64,000 nt of DNA, from assembly GCA_038231455.1 (NCBI GenBank), contig JBBRLI010000008.1:64001-128000 (forward strand). Reading direction: 5' to 3'. Of the stretch, positions 1-7,685 are shown in pieces. Made by a program: the position numbers and the translations under genes. Numbering within the stretch: the first letter of the stretch is position 1; each line of letters starts with the position of its first letter. The DNA comes from Vulcanimicrobiales bacterium. GTDB taxonomy: Bacteria > Vulcanimicrobiota > Vulcanimicrobiia > Vulcanimicrobiales > Vulcanimicrobiaceae. The notes beneath the pieces are model-generated. The model saw only the letters and a program-made list of their open reading frames with translations, did no database searches and had not been told where the DNA came from.

Positions 1-1
1 C

Positions 2-820
2 TACGAAGCCGAGGGGCTGACCGACTACGTCCTCAAGCAAAACGATTTAGGCGATAAGGACGTCGATCCGGCGGTATTCGCCGATGATGGCAAGCGCTAC
101 GGGGCCTACGAATCGTACGAGAAGGGCCGTGAAGCGACGGTCAGCTGCGCGTGCCACTGGACCGTGAACATGGCGGCTTCTGCCGATCACGGCACGCTTT
201 GGGGTGACTGTTATTCCATCACACCGGGCGCGATCATGGTTCCGCCCGAATCGCCGCTCCGCTCGCCCGCGGATCTCGCTGGCGTTGAAGTTGCCGTCGG
301 CTACCATTCGGGCAGCCACTACGCGACGATTCAGGCGCTTGAGAAATATCTGCGGCCGGATGAGATCAAGCTGCGCTTTGGCGGTGTTCCGGACGAACGC
401 GTCGATGCGATGATCGCGCGCGACGTGCCGGCCGCCGATGTCTTCGGAATGCAACTCTACGTGCTCGAGCAACTCGGGTTTCGCAAGATTACGGATACGA
501 CGTTCATGATTGCCGGCATGGTTTCCAAGGATGCGAACATGGATGATGTCCGAAAATACTATGCGGCACTGCGCCGCGCGCAAGCGGACATCGATCTGAT
601 GCACCAAGAGTACGTTCGCTTCTACGCAAACGAATTGCCGAAGCGCTTTGCGGATCTCGTCGATGTCGGGCGATTCGGTCCCGGCGAGCGACTCGTGTTC
701 GAGCCGTATACGAAAACGATGTACGAAGACACGCACCGCTGGGTTGAAGAGCGCGGAATCTTCGAGGAATCGGCCGTGGGTCGCGCGGCGTTCGAAGACG
801 CCGTCGTCGCCGTACGCTAA
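2..820 (+). CDS. ABC-type substrate-binding protein (NMT1/SsuA-like), 5' end outside window
   Basis: Frame is open from base 2 to TAA at 820. The 'SPLRSPADLAG..VAVG' and 'FMI' pattern is typical of SsuA/THI5-like binding proteins. Confidence 0.55.
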   Translation, partial: YEAEGLTDYVLKQNDLGDKDVDPAVFADDGKRYGAYESYEKGREATVSCACHWTVNMAASADHGTLWGDCYSITPGAIMVPPESPLRSPADLAGVEVAVGYHSGSHYATIQALEKYLRPDEIKLRFGGVPDERVDAMIARDVPAADVFGMQLYVLEQLGFRKITDTTFMIAGMVSKDANMDDVRKYYAALRRAQADIDLMHQEYVRFYANELPKRFADLVDVGRFGPGERLVFEPYTKTMYEDTHRWVEERGIFEESAVGRAAFEDAVVAVR

Positions 821-837
821 TCGAACCGGAGCCCGAA

Positions 838-1272
838 GTGACTGCGGATTTCGATCCGCAGCACCGTGTCGGACATCTGCTGCGGCGCGCGTACGCGATT
901 GCGAAAGCGAACACCACAGCGCGCCTCAAAGCCTCTGGCATAACGCCGATGCAGGCGGCGGCGATCATGGCGCTACGCCGCGACGGTGCTATTTCGCAGG
1001 CCGATCTCGGTCGCGCGATTGGGATGGAGCCGGCCAACATTCACGGCCTGATCGCGCGCCTACAACTGCAGAAGCTCGTCGAAGTAGAAGCGCATCCAAC
1101 CGATCAGCGTCAACTGCTCGTTCGGTTGTCGACCAAAGGCGAAAAAAGAGCGAGTGTGGTCGCCATTGCAAGCGATGAATCAGGGGCTGAGACGCTCGCT
1201 GCGCTAACGGAAGAAGAGCGGCACATGTTCCTAACCTTGCTCTCGCGCATCGTGACGTCGGAGCATTCGTAA
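838..1272 (+). CDS. MarR-family transcriptional regulator
   Basis: wHTH 'SQADLGRAIGMEPANIHGLIARL...DQR..LVRLSTKG'. Confidence 0.9.
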   Translation: MTADFDPQHRVGHLLRRAYAIAKANTTARLKASGITPMQAAAIMALRRDGAISQADLGRAIGMEPANIHGLIARLQLQKLVEVEAHPTDQRQLLVRLSTKGEKRASVVAIASDESGAETLAALTEEERHMFLTLLSRIVTSEHS

Positions 1273-1278
1273 ATCTCG

Positions 1279-2388
1279 CTACTTGGTAACGCGCGTTAGG
1301 GAATAGCTCGTACTGCGACCGCCCGATTCATCTTGGCGCAAGATCCCAACGTCTACTAAGGCACGAATGTCGCGAAGTGCCGTGTCCGCGGATGTCTTCG
1401 TTATGTTCGCCCACTTCGATGTTGTGAGCTTTCCCTCGAATCCATCGAGCAATTTGTTCAGCATAAGCTTTTGTCGTTCGTTGAAATTCGCTTGGCGATT
1501 CGTTTCCCAAAACGTTGCCTTGGTAAGCACGGTTTTGAGTTCACCTTCGGCTTCTTCTAGTGCGCGATGAAAACAGCGTAGGAACCAGCCGATCCACGCC
1601 GTTACATCGAGGTCGCCCTTTTGGGCCGCTTCGAGTTGATCGTAATAGGCCGATCGCTCATCGCGTATACGTCGCGACATGCTATAAAATCGCTGTGCCG
1701 TCCCTTCGGAACGCGCGAGGATCAGATCGGTGAGCGCGCGAGCGATCCGCCCATTCCCATCGTCGAACGGGTGGATCGTTACGAACCAAAGATGCGCGAT
1801 CGCGGCTTGCACAACGGGATCGAGATCCGCCGTCGGCTCGGCGAGCCAGGCAAGAAGTGCCTCCATCTCCCGATCGATCTCGGAGGCTGGCGGTGCTTGG
1901 TAGTGCACGTACTCGCTGCCGATTCGACCGGAAACGACCTGCATCGGGCCCAATCGATCGTCGCGCCATGCGCCAACGGTAATGCGATTCACTCCGCTCC
2001 GCCCCGTCGGGAAGAGCGCGGCATGCCATCCAAAAAGCCGATCGGCAGTCACCGGCTCATCGTACTTTTGGGTCGCGTCGAGCGTCATCGCAACGACGCC
2101 GTCGACGTTGCGATCGCTGGAAACGAGCGCGCCGATTTCAATGCCAAGGCGTCGAGCGATGGACGACCGTACTTGGCTCCGGTCGAGGGTCTCGCCCTCG
2201 ATTTCCGTTGAGGTTAGGACCTCGTCCGTTAGGCTCAGGAGCGTCGCCTCCGCTCGTGCCAGAAAGCCGAGCCCCTCCATGCGGCCAAGCAAGCGGCCTT
2301 GTAGGTGGCGTGCCGCTGCGAGCGGTACCGACAATCGGTCCCGGTCAAAAGCAAACTGCGGCAATGATGGCCGTTCGTAGACGTACAT
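1279..2388 (-). CDS. Fic-family protein (DUF4172 N-terminus, C-terminal HTH)
   Basis: Fic motif HPFDDGNGRIAR; C-terminal 'DTALRDI..LV..GIL....GGRSTSY'. Confidence 0.92.
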   Translation of the reverse strand: MYVYERPSLPQFAFDRDRLSVPLAAARHLQGRLLGRMEGLGFLARAEATLLSLTDEVLTSTEIEGETLDRSQVRSSIARRLGIEIGALVSSDRNVDGVVAMTLDATQKYDEPVTADRLFGWHAALFPTGRSGVNRITVGAWRDDRLGPMQVVSGRIGSEYVHYQAPPASEIDREMEALLAWLAEPTADLDPVVQAAIAHLWFVTIHPFDDGNGRIARALTDLILARSEGTAQRFYSMSRRIRDERSAYYDQLEAAQKGDLDVTAWIGWFLRCFHRALEEAEGELKTVLTKATFWETNRQANFNERQKLMLNKLLDGFEGKLTTSKWANITKTSADTALRDIRALVDVGILRQDESGGRSTSYSLTRVTK

Positions 2389-2398
2389 GCCCTAATCT

Positions 2399-2466
2399 CC
2401 GCACTTTATGCGGCTATTATAGGGCAAATGAACCGCTGTGGCAAATAATCCCCGCATTAAATGCGG
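2399..2466 (-). promoter_or_regulatory. Sigma70-type promoter of the Fic gene flanked by two CCGCA-N5-TGCGG palindromes
   Basis: Minus strand TTGCCA (2444-2439), 17 bp, TATAAT (2421-2416). Palindromes at 2399-2413 and 2452-2466. Confidence 0.7.
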
Positions 2467-2513
2467 CGTTTAGGAGCGATATTCGCCGCATGCACGTCGC
2501 CGATATCGGCTGG

Positions 2514-2843
2514 CTAGCGCCGGAGCGATGCCGCCGCGCCGATGGCCGTGAGCATCACGAAAATCATGAATCCCATTGACGTCCAGGTGTTTGGATTGAG
2601 GTCACCGCCTATCCAGAACGCGAGAGCGACGAAGCCGCACGTGATCGTGCGCTTGAGGATCGTCCGCTGCGGCGGAAGCTCGCGCGCCCCGAAGATCACG
2701 CTTGCTAGGAACAGCGTGATCGCGAAGATCGCGATTCGGCCGAGCGTCGATCGGCTCGTATCCCGCAGGTCTTCGATACTGACCATGATGAGCGCAAAGA
2801 TGCGCGTCCGTGTAAGGCCGGCGCTCCCCCCGGCTATTTGCAT
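2514..2843 (-). CDS. Small hypothetical membrane protein
   Basis: 109-aa ORF with several hydrophobic stretches. Its start overlaps the stop of the upstream ORF. Confidence 0.5.
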   Translation of the reverse strand: MQIAGGSAGLTRTRIFALIMVSIEDLRDTSRSTLGRIAIFAITLFLASVIFGARELPPQRTILKRTITCGFVALAFWIGGDLNPNTWTSMGFMIFVMLTAIGAAASLRR

Positions 2844-3385
2844 TCGATCGTGACGTCGCTAGTCGCGTCTTTGAAATGCGCCGATTTAACGTGTCCACTC
2901 GCGCACGCCGCAACCGCCTGCGCTGCAGCGCCGCCGCCTTCACTTTTATGGCCGGGCGGATGGATGATGGCATCCGCGATCGTGCCGATCGCGAGCTCGC
3001 GAGCGAGGCCCTTTCCGTGCTCTAAGAAGAAGGCGCCGATTTTCTTTGCAAAAGGAACGGCCGTCGCGGCAGCGCTCGTCGCGACGGCTCCCCCCGCGGT
3101 TCTGGCTGCGACCGCACCACCGGCTGCGGCCGCGCCTTCGAGCGCCGCGCCGCCGCCGACCGCTGCCGCCCCCGCATCGACGGCAAGGTCGAGACCCGGG
3201 ACGAATTGCACGGCGATCGCGCCGAGCACGACCGCCCCGGTAATAAGCCCGCGATTTTCCGGTGCTCCGCGATCGATACGATCGACGCCGAGGGTCGGCC
3301 GCGGCGGCGACGGCGGCTGGGGCGCGGGGCCTGCACGTGGAGTCGGGGTCGCCGAGATCGGGTCGGTTCGCAGAACGGTCGGCAT
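2834..3385 (-). CDS. Hypothetical Pro/Ala/Gly-rich protein with a hydrophobic segment
   Basis: GAGGTG RBS before the ATG; 183 aa; divergent from the puf operon. Confidence 0.5.
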   Translation of the reverse strand: MPTVLRTDPISATPTPRAGPAPQPPSPPRPTLGVDRIDRGAPENRGLITGAVVLGAIAVQFVPGLDLAVDAGAAAVGGGAALEGAAAAGGAVAARTAGGAVATSAAATAVPFAKKIGAFFLEHGKGLARELAIGTIADAIIHPPGHKSEGGGAAAQAVAACASGHVKSAHFKDATSDVTIECK

Positions 3386-3505
3386 CGCGCACCTCGCAAA
3401 ATCGAGTTTGGTGCCCGCCGTTCACGATTCGCGGTTCCGTCGACTAGGGTCGGGAGTCGCCGCGCCTCGTCGTTTTCGCCTAGCGCAAAAACTAGGTGTC
3501 GGAAC

Positions 3506-3549
3506 AGTAGCAGTGGCTACACCATCGACTTACCTGACACTGCTAACCT
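3506..3549 (+). promoter_or_regulatory. Putative puf promoter: GTAGC-N4-GCTAC palindrome plus extended -10 TGcTAACCT
   Basis: Palindrome 3507-3520 (centre 3513.5). TAACCT at 3544-3549, the same 30.5-bp spacing as the bch promoters. Confidence 0.55.
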
Positions 3550-3608
3550 TGGGAAAGAGCCGCGCCTCACGGGCCGGCCGACACGCACATCTGAATGGAG
3601 GGGTTCTC

Positions 3609-3791
3609 GTGGCTACGATGGATCCGAGCGCGGTTTATGAGGTCGGAAACGATCAGGTTCCGGAAGTCTACCGCGATTTTTTCAACAACGCCGACTGGAC
3701 CGCACACCGCTTCACGGTGTATGGCAGCTGGGTATTTTTCGTTGTCGCAGTCGTCGCTCACATTTTTGTGTGGGCCTGGCGTCCGTGGTAG
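3609..3791 (+). CDS. pufB: Light-harvesting antenna beta polypeptide
   Basis: GGAGG RBS, then GTG 3609 (alternative ATG 3618). 'FFNNADWTAH...AVVAHIFVWAWRPW' has the BChl-binding His and the C-terminal W-R-P-W. Hidden at the end of track ORF 2838..3791. Confidence 0.93.
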   Translation: MATMDPSAVYEVGNDQVPEVYRDFFNNADWTAHRFTVYGSWVFFVVAVVAHIFVWAWRPW

Positions 3792-3806
3792 CGGGAGGAT
3801 AAGCAT

Positions 3807-3992
3807 ATGATCGCACGTCGACCGTATAACTTCCGCGCAACCCTGGGGGCATACGTGCTCGCCGGAGTCGTTGTCGCCTTTTTAATCCACTTCATAGTAC
3901 TCTCGTCACCGAAGTACAACTGGATTTTCCCGCAAAATGGGATGACGACCGCGGGATCGACTCAAGTCAATCCGGCACCGGGCGCTAAGTAG
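3807..3992 (+). CDS. pufA: Light-harvesting antenna alpha polypeptide
   Basis: 'VVAFLIHFIVLSSPKYNW' is the LH alpha signature; GGAGG RBS. Confidence 0.95.
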   Translation: MIARRPYNFRATLGAYVLAGVVVAFLIHFIVLSSPKYNWIFPQNGMTTAGSTQVNPAPGAK

Positions 3993-4026
3993 CACCTGAT
4001 TCCTTACCCTCCGTGGTCTGAGCGTG

Positions 4027-4076
4027 GCGGATGCGTCCGTACGATTGTCGAGATGACGATCGTCCGGACGAACCGC
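4027..4076 (+). other. Intercistronic RNA stem-loop between pufA and pufL
   Basis: gcgg..cgtccg.acgattgtc-gagat-gacgatcgt.cggacg..ccgc pairs into a long hairpin with no U-tract. Confidence 0.7.
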
Positions 4077-4089
4077 ATGGAGAATCCCG

Positions 4090-4917
4090 ATGCTTGAGTT
4101 CGAAGCCGTCTATCGTAAACCCGGAAACACGCTCTTTCGGCACCTTTTAGGCACCGATCCATTTGATTGGTGGGCCGGCCGCTATTATGTGGGCCTCTGG
4201 GGCGTCGTCTCGATGCTCTTCACGCTCATCGGCGTTGCGGTACTTTTCACCGCCGTCGGACAGTATGGCGACTGGGATCTCTGGCGCGCGAACGTGCATG
4301 CGCCGCTTCGCACCTACGGCCTTGGCTTCGCACCGTTCCTTGATGGCGGCGCTTGGGCAGTCGTGGTTATTTGTGCGACCGGAGCGTTTGTCTCGTGGCT
4401 GCTGCGCGAAATCGATATCTGCCGCAAGCTTGAGATGGGCTATCACGTCCCGCTCATGTTTGGCTTTGCAATTTCCGCCTGGGTAACGCTGCAGATCATC
4501 CGTCCTCTATGGATGGGTTGCTGGTGTGAGGGATTCGATCTCTCGTTCACCGGCCACTTAACGTGGGTCAGCAACACCGGCTTCCGCTATCAAAACTTTT
4601 ATCTCAATCCGTTCCACGCGCTCGGCGTCACCGGTTTCTTCTTAACGGCCATGGTGCTCGCGATGCACGGCAGCGCGATTCTGGGCACGTACAACACCTC
4701 GAAAAATCCGGTGCAAGAAGAAGCCAACGTCGATAACTTTTGGCGCGACTATATCGGATACTCGATCGGCGAGTACGGCATTCACTGGCTCGGGTTCTGG
4801 CTTGCGATCTTTACGCTCGTCGTCTCGGACCTCTGCATCCTAACCTCCGGCACGATCTTCTACGACTGGGTCGAGTTCTGGCAGTTCCAGCACCTCCCGG
4901 CCTTCTGGCTTCACTAG
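4090..4917 (+). CDS. pufL: Type-II photosynthetic reaction centre L subunit
   Basis: DPFDWW..YYVG, REIDICRKLEMGYHVP, HLTWVSN, NPFH, MHGS, GYSIG..GIH: all His ligands present. Confidence 0.98.
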   Translation: MLEFEAVYRKPGNTLFRHLLGTDPFDWWAGRYYVGLWGVVSMLFTLIGVAVLFTAVGQYGDWDLWRANVHAPLRTYGLGFAPFLDGGAWAVVVICATGAFVSWLLREIDICRKLEMGYHVPLMFGFAISAWVTLQIIRPLWMGCWCEGFDLSFTGHLTWVSNTGFRYQNFYLNPFHALGVTGFFLTAMVLAMHGSAILGTYNTSKNPVQEEANVDNFWRDYIGYSIGEYGIHWLGFWLAIFTLVVSDLCILTSGTIFYDWVEFWQFQHLPAFWLH

Positions 4918-4930
4918 GAGAGCGCGCGAT

Positions 4931-5935
4931 ATGGCAACCGTCATCACTCGTCCGGTCATCGAGATGCCGCCGGTGCAGCATCCCGACCCGAGCCCGCTCG
5001 ATCACAACGATTTACTCGGCGTCCGCATCGGCGAACCGTTCCGCGTCCCGTTCTTAAAACGGTTTGGCGTTGACACGCAACTCGGAACGCTGTGGCTCGG
5101 TACGTGGGGCATTCTCTCGGTGATGCTTTTCGTCGCGGGACTCGGTGTGCAGTTCCTCGCCGGCGTGACCGCGATGAACGGCGACATTCTTTCCTACCTG
5201 CACTATTTTGCCAACATTCAGCTGCTGCCGCCGGATGGTCTCGGACCCGCGAAGAGCCTCTCGGCCGGCGGGTTCTGGCAGATCAACGTGTTGCTGTGGG
5301 CGGGATCCGTTCTCTGCTGGGCTGGCCGCTGTTACGAGCGCCTCATGCGCTACCAGTGGCGCCCGTATCTCTTCTTCGCGTGGCTCTCGGCGATTCTGCT
5401 GACGGCCACGATCTGGGTCTTCCGTCCGCTGCTCATGGGCACGTGGGCCGAAGCTCCGGCGATGGGCCTCAACGGCGATCTCGACTGGGCGCAAAACTTC
5501 AGCGTCCTCTGGGGCAACCTGTATTACAACCCCTGGCACATGCTCGCGATCTTCTTCCTGTTCGGATCGACGATGCTCTGGGGTATGCACGGCGCAACGA
5601 TTCTTGCAACGTCGGCTGAGGGCAGCCATCACGAAGTCGCCGAGATCAAAGACATGCACTCGGGCTCGCACAAGTCGATGCTCTTCTGGCGCTGGGTAAT
5701 GGGCTTCAATGCGAACCCCAAAACGATTCACGATTGGATCTGGTGGTTCTCCGTTGGTGTGGTTGTCAGCTCGGCGATCGGCATCATCACGACCGGCACG
5801 TTCGTCAATGATTGGTACGTCTGGGGTGTCGACCACGGCATCGTTGCACAGTACGGCGATATGACGCGCGATGCGGTCAATCAACGGCCGGTTCCGATGG
5901 ATGTCAACGTCATCACGGGCATGCCGCGGCCTTAG
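4931..5935 (+). CDS. pufM: Type-II photosynthetic reaction centre M subunit
   Basis: GNLYYNPWHM, MHGATILA, FWRWVMGFNA, TIHDW, GTFVNDWYVW. Confidence 0.98.
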   Translation: MATVITRPVIEMPPVQHPDPSPLDHNDLLGVRIGEPFRVPFLKRFGVDTQLGTLWLGTWGILSVMLFVAGLGVQFLAGVTAMNGDILSYLHYFANIQLLPPDGLGPAKSLSAGGFWQINVLLWAGSVLCWAGRCYERLMRYQWRPYLFFAWLSAILLTATIWVFRPLLMGTWAEAPAMGLNGDLDWAQNFSVLWGNLYYNPWHMLAIFFLFGSTMLWGMHGATILATSAEGSHHEVAEIKDMHSGSHKSMLFWRWVMGFNANPKTIHDWIWWFSVGVVVSSAIGIITTGTFVNDWYVWGVDHGIVAQYGDMTRDAVNQRPVPMDVNVITGMPRP

Positions 5936-5947
5936 GGATACAACAGA

Positions 5948-6880
5948 ATGAATATGAAACGTTTGCTCGGTCCGCTCGTCATCGTCTGCACGCTTGCCCT
6001 CGCGGGCATCGCACAGCCGCTGCTCGATACGGCGCGCGCCGCAAGTCCGGATAAACCGATTACGGGCAATAATAGCCCGCTCGGTGTCGGGCACTTCGAT
6101 CGTAATCCGGCGGCAGCCGAAAAAGGCTACGGACCGGTCGACCAAACCGTGCCGATGGACTTCTCAACCCAGAATGCGAACGTGCCGAAGAACTACGTTC
6201 CGGGCAAACTCTACAACGTACAAGTGCTCAAAAAGTACACGTACGCAACGCTTTTGAACCAAATGAACTACTACACGCAGTCGCTCGGCGTGCAGTGCAC
6301 CTACTGCCACAACGTGCAGAACTTCGCGTACGATACGGGCACGAAAAAGATCGCTCGCACGATGCAAATCATGTCGAACGAAGTCGCCTCAGGCTGGGTC
6401 GATCCGGTCAAACACGACTACCCCAATTACAGCGTGAGCGGGGCCGTCGGCTGCGTCACCTGCCACCGCGGCGCACCGCGCATGGGCGTGAAGTGGAACA
6501 TCGTCCCCGTCGCCTATCTGGACTACAAGGCAAAGACGACAAAGCAAGCCGGCTACGTTGTGAACTCGATGTACTCTGCGGCAAAGTCGCTTGGCGTGAA
6601 CTGCCTGTTCTGCCACAATACGGCGGACTTCGTCTCGCTGCAGTACTACCCGACGAACAAAATCGCGCACCGCATGTGGGCGATGGTCGACAAAATCAAT
6701 CACGAATATTTGCCAGCAAATGTTAAGGCTGTCACCTGCTATACGTGTCACCAGGGTGCGAAATGGCCCCAGGCGCTCGTGACAGCGGGACTCGATCAAA
6801 CGCCGGTGGAAGCGCATGCATCTCACCCGGAAGTTCACGAGAATCCCGGTGCTCATCTCGCGTCTGGAGCAGCACACTGA
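5948..6880 (+). CDS. pufC: Reaction-centre-associated tetraheme cytochrome c
   Basis: Four CxxCH motifs (CTYCH, CVTCH, CLFCH, CYTCH), N-terminal signal/anchor, directly after pufM. Confidence 0.93.
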   Translation: MNMKRLLGPLVIVCTLALAGIAQPLLDTARAASPDKPITGNNSPLGVGHFDRNPAAAEKGYGPVDQTVPMDFSTQNANVPKNYVPGKLYNVQVLKKYTYATLLNQMNYYTQSLGVQCTYCHNVQNFAYDTGTKKIARTMQIMSNEVASGWVDPVKHDYPNYSVSGAVGCVTCHRGAPRMGVKWNIVPVAYLDYKAKTTKQAGYVVNSMYSAAKSLGVNCLFCHNTADFVSLQYYPTNKIAHRMWAMVDKINHEYLPANVKAVTCYTCHQGAKWPQALVTAGLDQTPVEAHASHPEVHENPGAHLASGAAH

Positions 6881-7561
6881 TTGGACGTATTTTGGAGCCT
6901 ACCCAATGTTGGCGAACTCCGCGGCTTACATGAACCGCTCGCGGAGCTGTTCGTAAGCCAAGGTCAGTCGCGTCGGTTTGAATCCGACGCGTCGATCTCG
7001 GATCCCGACACCCGGCCCGCGCGCACGTTCACGTGCACCTCGGGCACCCTCAAAGTCACCAAGCTCTTAGCGAGCGGCCGTGAGATCCTCATAACGATCT
7101 TACAGGGCGGCTCGCTTTGGAGTGACCGCGCCATTCTCAATGGCTACTGGAAAGACGTCTTCATCGAAGCGATGGAGCCGGCCGAGATCGTCTCGGTCGA
7201 TAACGACGTCTTCGAAAAAATGGTCCGCGCCCGCCCTGAGCTGGTCGCGGATTTCATGTTGAACATTTCCGGCCAGGTCTCCGACGCACTGACCCTGCTC
7301 GATGACTTCCGCGGCCGCGATGTTGCCTCACGCCTCGCTCGCGTGCTCGTGAAATTCTCCAAGCAGTACGGCGTGCAGACCGAGTCCGGCGTGCGCATCG
7401 ACTTGCCGGTAACCCACCAGGACCTCGCCAACATGATCGGGACCGCCCGCGAGACCGTCTCGCGCAACATGGCCCGCTTCCGGCAACAGGGCCTCGTCCG
7501 CGACGGCCAGCAGTCGCTGGAAATCACCAACCTCAGCAGTCTCGAACAACTGATCGCCTAA
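6881..7561 (+). CDS. CRP/FNR-family transcriptional regulator
   Basis: C-terminal HTH 'VTHQDLANMIGTARETVSR'. The TTG start abuts the pufC stop. Confidence 0.92.
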   Translation: MDVFWSLPNVGELRGLHEPLAELFVSQGQSRRFESDASISDPDTRPARTFTCTSGTLKVTKLLASGREILITILQGGSLWSDRAILNGYWKDVFIEAMEPAEIVSVDNDVFEKMVRARPELVADFMLNISGQVSDALTLLDDFRGRDVASRLARVLVKFSKQYGVQTESGVRIDLPVTHQDLANMIGTARETVSRNMARFRQQGLVRDGQQSLEITNLSSLEQLIA

Positions 7562-7588
7562 CCCGGCGATCGATCCGGTAGCTATGAA

Positions 7589-7616
7589 GAAGCGGCGCCA
7601 AGAGGCGCCGCTTTTC
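7589..7616 (+). terminator. Rho-independent terminator ending the puf-crp operon
   Basis: aagcggcgcc-aaga-ggcgccgctt followed by ttc. Confidence 0.75.
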
Positions 7617-7633
7617 GTTCCCTTGTCCTCTGG

Positions 7634-7649
7634 GGTGACGACTATCACC
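7634..7649 (+). promoter_or_regulatory. CRP-like box GGTGA-cgacta-TCACC upstream of bchF
   Basis: Centre 7641.5; -10-like TACGAT at 7671-7676. Confidence 0.8.
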
Positions 7650-7685
7650 GTGGTCTGAGAGGGGGTCCCGTACGATGATGGGGTC

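Noticed and set aside
2838-3608. 317-aa ORF suggesting a giant N-terminally extended PufB
   Set aside because: The upstream part is the antisense shadow of ORF 2834-3385. An RBS and start at 3609/3618 give a normal-size beta chain.
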